Shown here: positions 25,678-38,404 of the stretch, piece by piece | Numbering within the stretch: the first letter of the stretch is position 1 | Layout: the number at the start of each line of letters is the position of its first letter | Origin: Octopus sinensis | Lineage: Eukaryota | Direction: 5' to 3' | Assembly (NCBI RefSeq): GCF_006345805.1 | Contig: NC_043005.1 | Coordinates: 61,814,001 to 61,878,000 of the forward strand | Length of the DNA: 64,000 nucleotides | Notes under the pieces: model-generated | What the model was told of the DNA's origin: nothing | What the model saw: the letters and a program-made list of their open reading frames with translations, nothing else | The model's database searches: none | Translations under genes and position numbers: made by a program

Positions 25678-26037
25678 CGGTGAGAGCTGGCATTTGTAGT
25701 TCTCGAAGTCCGATATCTGAGTCATTCGGTTTGTGGTTCATGATCACACACAGACTGCAAAAGCTGCCATCAGTCCATTCAAAGTTGTCTGAACCTCGAA
25801 TAATCTGAAGACTGTGAAGAGGAATATAACGAGCATAGATACTAACAATTAGTACATAACCAGTTACTATTCGAATATCTTTTAGGAAATTAAGATCATA
25901 ATCTTGATCCCCATCAAGGAACTTCAGTTCTAAGTTTCCATCGACGTAAGTACAGTTTGAGTAGCGATTTTTGTATCGAGAGTAGCGTATAGCAGAATCT
26001 CCAGATATTGACATTCCATTGTCGGTACCAAGGCAAA
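25678..26037 (-). CDS. EGFR: EGFR-like exon 2, receptor L1 domain
   Basis: Acceptor tttttctcatttcag, donor G|GTGAGT, 360 nt, phase 1-1. Encodes CLGT...RYSNCTYVDGNLE...FLKDIRIVTGYVLI...LQIIRG...GLRELQMPALT, hallmark EGFR L-domain motifs. Confidence 0.97.
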
Positions 26038-26081
26038 CTGAAATGAGAAAAAGAGTTCAATAAATTAGAAAGATATTTACT

Positions 26082-26314
26082 TATTTCTTTACTGCCCACA
26101 AGGGGCTAAACATAGAGGGGACAAACAAGGACAGACAAATGGATTAAGTCGATTACATCAGCCCCAGTGCGTAACTGGTACTTAATTTATCGACCCCGAA
26201 AGGATGAAAGGCAAAGTTGACCTCGGCAGAATTTGAACTCAGAACGTAACGGCAGACGAAATACGGCTACGCATTTCACCCGGTATGCTAATGTTTCTTC
26301 CAGCTCGCCGCCTT
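26082..26314 (-). mobile_element. SINE family B, young copy with 14-bp TSD near the exon 2 acceptor
   Basis: TSD GAAAGATATTTACT at 26068-26081 and 26315-26328. Confidence 0.9.
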
Positions 26315-26971
26315 GAAAGATATTTACTAGTCACAGAATTAGAAAGATATTTACTACAGTCACAAGGTTACAAATTTGTAGGAGACAGGCAGAGCTTACT
26401 TATTCAAACTCACATCAGTCCCTAAACACTAATTATAAATGAACCAATTAAAGAGCTTCCATATAGTCAGTTAACATGCTAAAAATGTCAGCTACATCTC
26501 CTGCAAATCATAAGTGACAGTTATCAAAAAAAAGCAAAGATATGCTGGGTAATGCAGTCCAAGATACGTTTGATGAAAAAAGAAATACAGATGGAAAGGT
26601 CAATAGTCACAAATGAAACACTTTTGATCATAGCTTTACTCAACCAGGGCTAACCTGGAGGTACCATATTTACCAGAATACAAGTCAAATTTTTCAGACC
26701 GTAATTTACAGCCAAAAAATGTGAAATGCAGCAGGATTTGAAAAGATAGTGACAATGTTCAAACGTTTATGTTATATATATTATGTTGACTCATATCTGG
26801 AAAATACAGTAAATGGCAAAACAGCAACTGGTACAAATTATACTAGAACAGAGAAAAGAATGAAAGGTAGAGTTTGCTCCAGCAAGATTTGAACACAGAA
26901 TATAGAGGCTTGAAATGAATGATAAAATATATTTAGTCCAGATCATTACCAAATCTGTCATTTTTAGCTAA

Positions 26972-27338
26972 TCTCTATATATATAAAGCTGAAGTTGTCT
27001 GTGTATGGCAGGTTTGGTAGCCTTCAACTAACACTATCTCCTGCGAGACCCTGAGGCACAAGTTGACCAAAATTGAGAGTATGATAGAAGAAGGCTTGCT
27101 CTTCCTTCTGTAGAAGAAAAATTCAAATCGGACCATGTTAACTTTTTTCTATGAAAATCCCTATTTTTTACAATTTTTTGACAGCTGTGTTGTCATTTTT
27201 TGGTGTATTTCAACTAGAAAAATGTTCACTTAAAGAGAATAACAAGCTACATAATGCAAAATTTTTACTTTTCAAAAATTCCAATTCTAAAGGGTCGAAA
27301 AGAAAACAAGCCCGAGTAACACTGGGCTATACTGCTAG
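26972..27338 (+). mobile_element. Non-autonomous Helitron
   Basis: 5' A|TCTCTATATATATAAAG; hairpin AGCCCGAGTAACACTGGGCT at 27309-27328; 3' ATACTGCTAG|T, same terminus as the 3.0-kb copy. Confidence 0.85.
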
Positions 27339-27409
27339 TTAGATAATAAAACCAAGAAACAAGAAATAAATGCTAAATCATTTTACTTATTCCACATCAA
27401 TTGCCACTA

Positions 27410-27633
27410 ATCTTTAGCATTTAAACTGACCATATCTGGCCAAAATATTCTGCCTGTTTTATATTCAAACCAACCAGATCTGACCTCTCGCACATAACCT
27501 ACAATGTTGTTCTAAAATTAAATAATTTCATCATTGAAACCTTGGAGCTACAAGATAATGCATGATTAAGTCAAAACAATGTGAATAAATAAGCATTACA
27601 CTCGACAGAGTAACCTGAATACTAAAGGGTGAA
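27410..27633. mobile_element. piggyBac-type MITE, decayed
   Basis: CTTTAGCATTT...AATACTAAAGGG termini; same body as 25456-25670. Confidence 0.65.
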
Positions 27634-28115
27634 ATCTGGTTGACTGATGTTGAGAGAAAATAGCAGAGGGCAAACAAACATCAGTACAATTCAATGAGAT
27701 GCATGACTGCATATTTACACACTTAATTACAGGAATGGCTGTGGGGTTAAGAAGCTAGCTACTCAATCATGTAGTCTTGAGTTCAATCCCAGAGCACAGC
27801 AACTTGAGAAAGTGTCTTGTACTTTAGCACTGGGTCCAACAAAAGCCTTGTGAGTGGATCTGATTGACTGAAACTGAAGACAGATAAAAAGAGAAATCAA
27901 AGGAATCCATAGGTAAAAAAATGTTTGAGAAACACTGACCTAAAATTTTTTTTTCAAAATGAAAATTTAAATTGTGTTTTCACATTTTTTTGTTACAGGT
28001 TTCTGTAAAGTGGATGGCATTATAAAGGGCATCCACCCATAAAAACCATACCAAAACAGACATCACTGGTGCTGATGCCACATAAAATGCACTCAGTTCA
28101 CTCTGTAAGGTGGTT

Positions 28116-29490
28116 GAGGCAATAACAGAGAAATTCAAGACAGGATGCCCCTGGGAGCTCCTCTATGCTGATGACCTTGCTCTAATAACTGAGTCACTAT
28201 CAAAACTAGAGGAGTTTCAGGTGTAGAAGCAAGGTCTAGAATTGAAGAGCCTTAGAGTCAATCTAGCAAAAACAAAAGTCTTAGGAAGTAGGAAGGCAGA
28301 CAAATCACAAATCCCTTCAGGTAGATGACCCTGCGTAGGTAGAAACTCCATAAGTTATGGACACATAAGAAGTGCCATAATAACAAAGGAAGACTAACTG
28401 GGAAGATAGTTTTTGCTTGTGGCATAGGCACAGGGGCAATAAACACTGAAAACATACAGAAAACAGCTTCCGTCACATGCCAGGGGCAAAAACTAGAAAT
28501 AGTTGATAGCTTCTATTACCTAGGTGACCAAGTCAGTAGTGGAGGTAGATGCTCTGAGAGCATAGCTGCTAGAATAAGAATAGACTGTATGACATGTGTG
28601 CAAACAGCCATGCTACATGGCAGATGTGTAATGTCAGTGTACATACATGACAGAGTATAAGCACCCAGAGAGAAAAGTCGGACATAAGAAGCATCAGATA
28701 CAGTGTGCAAGAGAGACAACTGCGCTGGTATGATCATGTGTTGCATATGGATGAGGACAGCTGTGTGAAGAAGTGTCACACCCTAACAGTGGAGGGAACC
28801 TATGGAAGAGTTAGACCCAGGAAGACCTGGGATGAGGTGGTGAAGCACAACCTTTGAACATTCAACCACACAGAGACAATAACAAATGACTGAAACCTTT
28901 GGAGATATGCTGTGCATGAGAAGACCTGGCAAGCCAAGTGAGACCATAACTGTTGCCTATGCCAGTGTATCATAACCAGCCCATTTAAGAGTACCCTTCA
29001 ATTAAAGGGCAATAAACTGTGCTTAAGAAGACCTGTTGAGTCAAGTGAAATTATTGAAATGGCTGATGCCAGTACCGCCTGATTGACACCTGTGCCAGTG
29101 GCACGTAAAAAGTACCATTCAAACGTGGTCAATACCAGTCCCACTGGACTGGCTCCCATGCCAGTGGCACGTAAAATGCACTATATGAATGTGGTCAATG
29201 CCATTACCGCCTGACTGGTCCAGTGCCGGTGGCACATAAAAAGCACCATTTGAGTATGGTCGATGCCAGTGCTGCTTAACTGGTCCTCATGCCGGTGGCA
29301 CGTAAAAAGCACCCACTACACTCTTGGAGTAGTTGGCATTAGAAAGAGCATCCAGCTGTAGAAACCTTGCTAGATCAGATTGGAGCCTGGTGCAGTCTTC
29401 TGGCTTGCCAGTCCTCAGTCAAACTGTCCAACTCATGCCAGCATGGAAAGTAGACGTATGTTGATGATGATGAGATGACAATAATGATGA
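28116..29490 (+). mobile_element. RTE-clade LINE, 5'-truncated, RT relic plus 3' UTR
   Basis: GCPWELLYADDLALI (YADD at 28164-28175), LRVNLAKTKV, YLGDQVSSGGRCSE and GRPRKTWDEVV, then UTR ending in (GAT)n. Confidence 0.9.
29080..29320 (+). repeat. ~63-bp tandem repeat within the RTE 3' UTR
   Basis: About four units anchored on GCC(A/G)GTGGCAC(G/A)TAAAA. Confidence 0.8.
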
Positions 29491-30631
29491 TGATGCAGCT
29501 ATAAAAACTATGCCAAAACAGACCTCACTGGTGCTGGTGCCACGTAAAAAGCACTCGGTCCACTCTGTAAGGTAGCTGGCATTAGGATAGGTATCCAGCC
29601 ATAAAGACCATGCCAAAACAGAGATTGAAGCCTGGTGCAGTCTTCTTGCCCACTCCTGTTAAACCCATGCCAGCATGTAAAATGGACATTAAATGATAAT
29701 GATGATGATGACGATGATGATGATAATGATATGTCATTATAAAGCTGGTATTTGAAACATCAATTAACGGGAAAGTTTTAAAGCCAGTTTTAATTTAGGT
29801 CACTTTAAAGTAGGAAGTTTGTATCAGAGAAACAGAGGCATTTTGAATAGTTAATGTCATTGATTAATAGATTTACAGAATCAGAAATGATCTGGAGTTA
29901 AACTAGAACAGTAACCATGACAACAATTCTTCCTTTATAGTACAACTTTAAAAATAAATAAATAAATAAAAGGTCATCAATTGACCTGTAGAATCTTCAA
30001 ACCCAAACAACCCTTTTAGGTCATATATACAAATTATTTATAAAATGACATGAATTCTCAAATACCATTCTCACAGGCAGCTTGCCAAGCGCTCGATACA
30101 ATTCCACAGACTAGATAGACTTTATTACAATGCATGAGTGTGTGTGTGTGTGTGCGCGCGCGCGCATGTGTGTACTTTAATAACAGTTCAACTCAGCTTC
30201 CTATGACTTAACATTTCATGGGCACATAGGGCAAACACATCCCTTCCAGTATCTGATGAGAAGGGCCCATCCTACGCACCTACAATGCTTTAAGTTGTAT
30301 GAAGCTGAGTCAAACTGTCATTAAATTATATATAACTCCCACGAAATGTGTTGGGAGCCACCTTCTTTCATTTGTTCACTGACTCATAATATATCATCAT
30401 CATCATCCTCCTCATCATCATCATCGTCCTTTAACGTCCATCTTCCATGTATGTATACATATATATATATGTGTGTATGTGCATGTGAGTGTGTGTGTGT
30501 ATGTATGCATGTACGTATCTATGTATGTAGCTGTATATGCATGTAGATGTATGTACATACATATATATATATATATATATATAGTATGTATGTATGTGTA
30601 TATATATGTGCATATATATATATATATATTA

Positions 30632-30680
<49 letters not shown>

Positions 30681-32799
30681 ATATATGTACATATACAGAT
30701 ATGTAATTTTACATATATATATATATATATATATGCACAAACATACAAATATATATATAAATGAAAATGTATGTGTGTATAGCCCTGAGAGGCTCCTAAA
30801 CGGTGCCGCCTTGAGAAAAACAGATTTGGTTTCCGAAATCTGCATCCCAATGAGAAAATAGTTGGTTTACAATTAGTCAAAAAATACAATTTGCTATGAG
30901 AAATAACTCAACTTTTAGATCAACAAATCTCCCACTATCTGTTTCCATCAAATGCTCTCTCTCTTTTATGCCTTTCCCCTCTTCCTATATATTGACCACA
31001 CTCTTTATCACTCTGTCTGTATATGTACAACTCTCACGCATGCTGTCCCTCCCTCTCTCTCTCTTCATATGACATATAACTGCTTTCATTTTGTTTAAAA
31101 CTTCATCTTCTTATGTTTACTTTCATTTTATGATAGACAGCTATCACCCAGAAAATGATATCTTCCAAATCTTTCTCTCTCTTCTTTACTGATTGTGTAA
31201 AAATTATCAAATTTTAAACCTTTGTAGCATTTTCCTAAAATTTTTCTGGAATAGATGACTCACAAAATCGGATTCTGTGTGAAAAAGTACATCAATATAC
31301 CAAATTTGAAATTTTTCACTTAATTTTAAAATTTCAAATTTGACTGCAACAGAAAATTTCTCTCTCTCTCTCACTCTCTATCTATCTATCTATCTATCTT
31401 CCTCTCTCTCTCTCTCTCTCTCTCTCCCTCTATTTATCTTTGTCTTTCATCTATGCTTTTCTCATTGTAAATTTTTCCCATTCTCTATATTTACCACACT
31501 GTCTCTCACTCTCTGTATATAAATATCACTCACATTGAGTGTGTGTATGTGTAGATGTATGTATGTGTGTGTGTGTGCAAGCGCATGTGTATAAAGAATT
31601 CTTTATACACATACACACATAGGTGAAAGACCCTCACAAAGCATCAGCAGTGAGCTAAAAGCTTTACATCTACGCACCAAATGGAAAAACAAAAGCTTAG
31701 TGTATCAATACATTATAATTTGCCCCAAATAATACAGAAATCTGTCTTGAGCAAGAGGCCTACCTCTCGGAGAAGATATGGCTTGACATGGAACAAAAAA
31801 ATTAAAATAAAGGCATTCTGTTGTGAAAATTGCCCAGCAATGACAGGATACTCAGCTAGAATATATATATAGGTGCAGATGTGACTGTGTGGTAAAAAGT
31901 TTGCTTCCCATCCACATGGTTCCATGTTCAGCCACACAGCATATTACCTTGGGCAAGTGTCTTTTACGATAGCCTTAGGCCAACAAATGCCTTGTGAGTG
32001 GAGGTCATCACTGAGGTCACCTTTGCATTTCATTCTTTCAGTGTTGATAAAATAAGTACCAGTTGAGCACTGAGGTTGATGTAATCAACTAGCCCCATTC
32101 CCACAAAAATGTCATGCTTTGTGCCTTTGTTAGAAAAATATCATTATTATGATATATAAAGGCAGTGAGCTGGTAGAATCATTAGCACACCAGACAAAAT
32201 GCTTAGCGCCATTTCTTCAAGCTTTAAGTTCTGAGTTCAAATGCCTATGATCCACAAACAACACCCAATATGAAGGAACTCCTTCATATCACATATCCAT
32301 GCTTACCAGCAGGACTACCTCTCATCTAAAATTTAATAGTTTTTATTTCAATTTTTACTTTTTATCTTCTTATTTATTTTCATTTCACAGGATTCTTGTC
32401 ATGAAACAGGATGTTGAAAATGGATACTGTTGTAATGGATAGTGTCATTCTACTAATAAAAATACATGCACTTGTTGTAGATCACTTTTCTTTTTATTAT
32501 TGCTTCTAATATAGACCCAAGGCCTGAAATTTGGGGACAGGATCTTAGCTGATTATATTGAACTTAATATTTGACTAGTAGTTTATTCTTTTGAATTTTA
32601 CAGGACGAAAGGCAAAAACTGACCCTGGTTGGATTTGAAATCAAAATCTAAACTGCCAGAACAGATACTGTAAAATATTTTGTCTAAGGATCTAATAATA
32701 AATATGCTAATGAATCATTCTTAATTGGTGTTCAGAAGAGCATCCAGTGGCAAAAACAATGCCGAAGCACACATGGAGCACCATGCAGTCCTGTGTTTC

Positions 32800-32842
<43 letters not shown>

Positions 32843-32886
32843 TAATATAAATAATAATAATACATAATAATAAAATAATAATAATA

Positions 32887-32934
<48 letters not shown>

Positions 32935-32992
32935 CAACAACAACATCGAAAAATACTTTATGAATGAGAGCCCAGCTTTGAAATTTCCCCAA

Positions 32993-33047
32993 GACATCTG
33001 ATGAAGGCTGGTGGGTATATCAGCCAAAATGTTGTGTTAACAACAAA
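32993..33047 (+). ncRNA. Decayed minimal hammerhead ribozyme motif
   Basis: GACAT-CTGATGA-A-GGCTG(loop)CAGCC-AAAA-TG-TT-GTGTT. Intact CUGAUGA; GAAACG changed to AAAATG, consistent with CpG decay. Confidence 0.55.
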
Positions 33048-33746
33048 GAAGATGAGGACAAATATCCATCAAATGTAAATAATGTAAATAATTTTCTATT
33101 GATTTTAGAAACTTCACTCTTACCAGCAAAAATTGCATGTTGCTGACGTCTAACATGTTTCAATCATTGGACTGTGGCCATGCTGGGTTATTACCTTGAA
33201 GTGTTTAGCCAAACAAGTTAACCCCAGTACTTTTTTTTTTATTTGCTTTTAAAGCTTGTGACTTATTCTATCAGTCTCTTTTGCTGGAGAACAAACAGAC
33301 ATGCATGTACCGCACATGAACGCACACATACACACACACACGACAGGCTTCTTTTAGTTTTCACCTACCAAATCCATTCACAAGGCTTTGGTGAGCCCAC
33401 AGCTATAGTAGAATACACCTGCCCAAGGTGCCATGCAGTGGGACTGAACTCAAAACCATGTAGTTGGAAAGCAAACTTCTTACCACACAACCACACCTGG
33501 GTTTCAGTATGTTACTGATTCAGTAAAAGAGATCAACAGATTAAGTACTACACTTAAAAAAATTAATACTGAGGTTGATTTGTTTAACTAAAACCTTCAA
33601 AGTGGTGGTCGAGGATGGGCACATTCCATTGACTGAAATGGATGCAAAAGATAAAAAGAAAGGTTTACGTATACAGTGAGCATCTGAACAGTTTCTAACT
33701 ATCAGATTTCACTTTCAAGGAATTGGTCAACTTTATACTGAACAGA

Positions 33747-34018
33747 GTGAAAGCACATGGTTTAGTGGTTAGAGTATTCAGCTCACAATCATAAGGTTGT
33801 GAGTTCATTGCTGGTGACACATTGTGTCCTTGAGCAAGACACTTTATTTTACATTGCTCCAGTCCACTCAGCTGGCAAAAATGAGTAGTACCTGTATTTC
33901 AAAGGGCTGGCCTTGTCACATCCTATGTCACACTGAATCTCCCTGAGAACTACATTTAGGGTACACGCGTCTGTGGAGTGCTCAGCCACTTGCATGCTAA
34001 TTTCATGAACAGGCTGTT
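33747..34018 (+). mobile_element. tRNA-derived SINE (family D head)
   Basis: Head then TTGAGCAAGACACTTTATTT block, then CCTGTATTTCAAAGGG...GGAGTGCTCAGCCACTT body. Confidence 0.75.
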
Positions 34019-34206
34019 TCAGACTATAGTGAAAGACACTTCCAGAACATGCAGTGCAGTGGGATTGAACCCACAACAACACGGTTACTAACTGAATTTC
34101 TTAACCACACAACTATGCCAAAAACGGGTTTGAATGAGTTAACATAGTTGGAGTCAATTGGCATGGGTTGGGCAGGTTGTCGATCTGAGTAATGAAAATA
34201 ATGATA

Positions 34207-34237
<31 letters not shown>

Positions 34238-34561
34238 TGTTTGTCTGTCTTTTAGTGCGTACGCATGTGTGTGCCTGCTTCTCTGTCTGCCTGTGTGTGT
34301 GTTTATTTGAGTGTGGGTATATGTGTTTGCACTTGTCACCAAAATTAGTATTGTTGATGAACCTCTTGACAATCCTGTAGCTAATTGGCTTCAAAGAATA
34401 GAGATCAATAAAATTAAGGACTAGACTTGGGGTTAGTACAATCAATTAATACCCTTGTATGCAGTGCTCCAGCCAGCATGACTGTAGTCCAATGATGGAA
34501 ACCAGTAAAAGAAAGACCAAAATGTAATTTTATATTTTTGTAATTTTAAAGCTATATTCCA

Positions 34562-35088
34562 GTGGCACTCTGGTTTAAGCATCCCATATAATCCCTCATA
34601 ACTTTTTGATTTTTGAGAAATTTTCAGAAAATTTTGGCAGATTGGTTTCCTATACATGGGAATTCATACAATTATGCAGAATTTTGGCTTTTTTATATCT
34701 TTAAACCCCCACCCCACCCATAAATCCTAAAAGTTCCAGTCTTTTATGAATTTTCAGACAGTCCAAATTGTTTGCTTAAATCATCTCAGCAATGGACCAC
34801 TCTTGATGCATCTTTATTCCATTAAATGTGTTTATGGGAAGAAAAATACTGAAAAACATCAATACATGTCAGAGTGACAAAGAAACAAAGAGGGCATCAG
34901 GTGGTCATGAAATGTACAAAAAACAACAGCTAAATCACCCTCAGATCACACACACATGCAAAAAAAATTTGCATAATTGTATGCATTCACATATGTAGCT
35001 CACAAATTCACAAAAATTTTCTGGAAATTCCAAAAAATAAAAAAAATGTTTTAAGTGGTTATATCGGGTGCTTAAACCAGAATTCCAC
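34562..35088. mobile_element. MITE with ~75-bp imperfect terminal inverted repeats
   Basis: Left GTGGCACTCTGGTTTAAGCATCCCATATAATC...AAATTTTCAGAAAATTTT matches the reverse complement of the right end (GTGGAATTCTGGTTTAAGCACCCGATATAACC...AATTTCCAGAAAATTTT). TSD unclear. Confidence 0.7.
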
Positions 35089-37156
35089 CTATTTTCGTTC
35101 TCTTTAAGTAACCAGATATATATACATGTGACATATTATGATGTAGTATTTCTTCAACATTCAACACACAAGGGATGCACACACATGCTCACACAATTAT
35201 ACATATGCACCTTGCTACATACACAAGTGCAATGCTTCACTATTAAGTGCTGTTTTGCGATTATGTAAATAAAATATGTCATGAGACTATTTACCATCAA
35301 CTCAACTGGTGTCATACTGACATGAATGCGAGGTTTTCAAACTGATGTGTGTCTCTTTCAATCTTTATCTTTTATCTTTTGTTTCAGTTACTGGACTGCA
35401 GCCATTCTGGAGCACTGCCTTGAAGATTTCTTTAGTCAAACAAATGAACTCCAATTCTTATTTCTAAACCTGGTACTTATTTTATCAGTTTGTTTTGCTG
35501 AACTGCGAAGTGAAGGGGATGTAAACAAACCAACAATGGTTGTTAGGCAGTTGGTGGGGAACAAACACAAACACACACACACTCACACATATATGTATAA
35601 GCCAGTGACACATAAAAGGCACTCATATGTTGGTAACACGTAAAAGGCACCCACTACACCCTTGGAGTGGTTGGTGTAAGGAAGAGCATCCAGCCATAGA
35701 AACCAAGCTGAATCGGACTGGAGCCTGTTACAGCTCTCCGGCTTATCAGTCCTGGTCAAATTGTCTAACCCATGCCAGCATGGAAAATGGGCACTAAATG
35801 ATGATGATGATGATGATATATGTGTAGGTGTGGTTAAGTGGTTAGTGTGTTGAACTCATGATCATAAGAATGTGGTTTCAATTCCTGGACCAGGTAGCGC
35901 ATTGCATTCTTGAGCAAAACACTTAATTTCACATTATTCCAATGCTCAGCTGACAAAAATGAGCAATCCTATGACAGACCAGCATCTCATCCAGGGATGA
36001 GTATATGCCATGAGTCTATGCCTCAAAAAGGACCTTATATATATGTATACATATATACATTGGATGGCCAGGGGCTATGGCAGAAGATACTTACCCAAGA
36101 AGCTGTGCATTGACTTACACTAACTCACAAAATTGCTGGCCTTGTGCAAAAATTTGAAACCAATGTATGCAAAATCAACCCTTCCTCCAACATTAGACAC
36201 AAGTTATTTTATGATCTCATCTAACAGGAAATTTATCACCTCTGCTGTGATATTTGCTATCTAATATCTATAAAGGTGATTGCAATAAAAGGTAAAGACC
36301 CCCTTCGGTCATGAATGACCATGGGATTGCACCTAGAAAGTTACCCTTTGAGGCACAAATCTGAGCAAGGTTGTTTATTTTTATGGAAGACCAGTAGTTG
36401 CCCATGCATACCAGCCTTCCCTCTCCACACCAACTATGTTATCCAAGGAAAAGGCAAAGACTGATACAGCTTGGCACCAGTGACATCGCAACTCATTTTC
36501 ACAGCTGAGTGAACTGGAGAAACGAGAAATAAAGTGTCTTGCTCAAAAACACAACACACAGCCCAGTCTGAAAATCGAACTCACTGCCTCATGATTGTGA
36601 GCCTGACTAAGGCCATTGCTTTACAGTCTAGAATGACTTGGTATAGGCATATACCATACTTTTGCTAATAGTTTTAGGTACTCGTGTAATTTCAAGCAAA
36701 TACAAAGACTCCCACTTGACTTTCTCGTTCTTGATCCAGCAGAACATTTTTGGACACGACAGTGGACTTGACAGTGTGGGTACTGTATTTTATCAACCCT
36801 GATAAAGATCAAAGCTAAAGTTGACCTGAACAGGATTTGAACTCAGAACGCAGAGAACTTTGGCTTGTTTATGTTATTGTTGTTGAAATTATTGTTACAT
36901 GATCCACTTTCTATATTATTATTATTATTATTATCATTATTATAAGATGGTGAACTGGTAGAATTGTTAGCACACTGGACAAAATGCTTAGCAGCATTTC
37001 ACCTGTAGCTACATTCTGAATTCAAATTCTGCCAATGCTGACTTTACCTTTCATCCTTTCAGGGACAATAAATTAAGTACCAGTTGAGTACTGGGGTCAA
37101 TATAATTGACTATCACCCTCCCCCAATTTTCATGCCTTGAAGCTATAACAGAAAGG

Positions 37157-37252
<96 letters not shown>

Positions 37253-37717
37253 TGTTGTAGTAGTAGTAAGGTGGTAAGCTGGCAGTTAGCATGCTGAGCA
37301 AAATGCTTGGTGGTATTTTGTCTGTCTTCACATTCTGAGTCCAAATTCCACTGAGGTCAACTTTGCCTTCCATCCTTTCAGGGTCGATAAATTTAGTCCC
37401 AGTGAAACACTGGGGGTCGATGTAATCGACAAGTCCCTCCTCCAACATTTCAGGCCTTGTGCCTTTAGTAGAAAGGATTATTGTTATTATTATTAAGGTG
37501 GTGAGCTGGCAGAGTCATTAGCACGCCAGGTAAATAGCTTAGCAGTTTTTCATTTGCCATTACATTCTGAGTTCAAACTCCACCAAGGTCAACTTTGCCT
37601 TTCATCCTTTCGGGACTGATGAAATAAGTACTAGTCATTTATGTACTGGGGGGTCAATATTATCAACTAGTCTCCTTCCTCCAAACTTAAGGCCTTGTAT
37701 CTTTAGTAGAAAGGATT

Positions 37718-38404
37718 AGTATGAAATTAGTAGTAAGGTATATGGTAAACTTTGACAGCTGCTCATTTTGTGTCATTATTATATTTCGACAATCTTTATT
37801 TTTTTGTTAGAAAGCTGACACATCTATTTCTTTATTCTAACTCACTTTCCGCTTCATAAATTATTTATAAATCGTTTTTTGTTATTTTTATTTAGAGATG
37901 AGGGTAATCGGAAATTCACATTTTGAAATATGAGTTCTTTCTTGGAAATACAGCATCACAGACAGCTTGGAATATTAATGGAGCATTTCATTCTAATGTT
38001 ATTACACAGCAGACAGTATCAAATTGATTTGCAAAATTTCGTTCTGGTAACTTTGATTTCACTCTAGACCACACATCGCAAAAATGACATTGGCGAAACT
38101 ACAGGAGTTGGAAGTTCTCCATCATCCAGCATACTCACCTGACTACCGCTTCTTCCAGAATTTGGAACTTTTTGATAGGAAAAAATTTAATTCCAATGAT
38201 GTTGTAAAACGCACTTTCAAGATTTTATTGACTCTAGATTGCCAGGCTTTTACAGTTCCTGACTGGATAAGCTACTGCTGAAATGGCACAAGTGTATTGA
38301 CAATATGGGTGCATATTCTGATGAATAAAACTATTCCTTGTATTTATAAAACATTGACAAACTTTTTTGACTTTTCTACAAATTTCATACTTGACGACCT
38401 AATA
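37718..38404 (+). mobile_element. Internally deleted mariner
   Basis: N-terminal relic (YEFFLGNTASQTAWNIN...FAKFRSGNF) joined to C-terminal relic (LEVLHHPAYSPD...KWHKCIDNMGAYSDE*). 3' TIR ...CATACTTGACGACCTAATA with a partial reverse match at the 5' end. Confidence 0.85.

Noticed and set aside
25667-26014. ORF-track call of a standalone 115-aa protein
   Set aside because: It is an internal exon; the Met is internal and the stop comes from the MITE TTAA in the intron.
29080-29320. Regularly spaced repeats resembling a CRISPR array
   Set aside because: Eukaryotic DNA; the inter-repeat segments are homologous to each other, so this is a tandem repeat.
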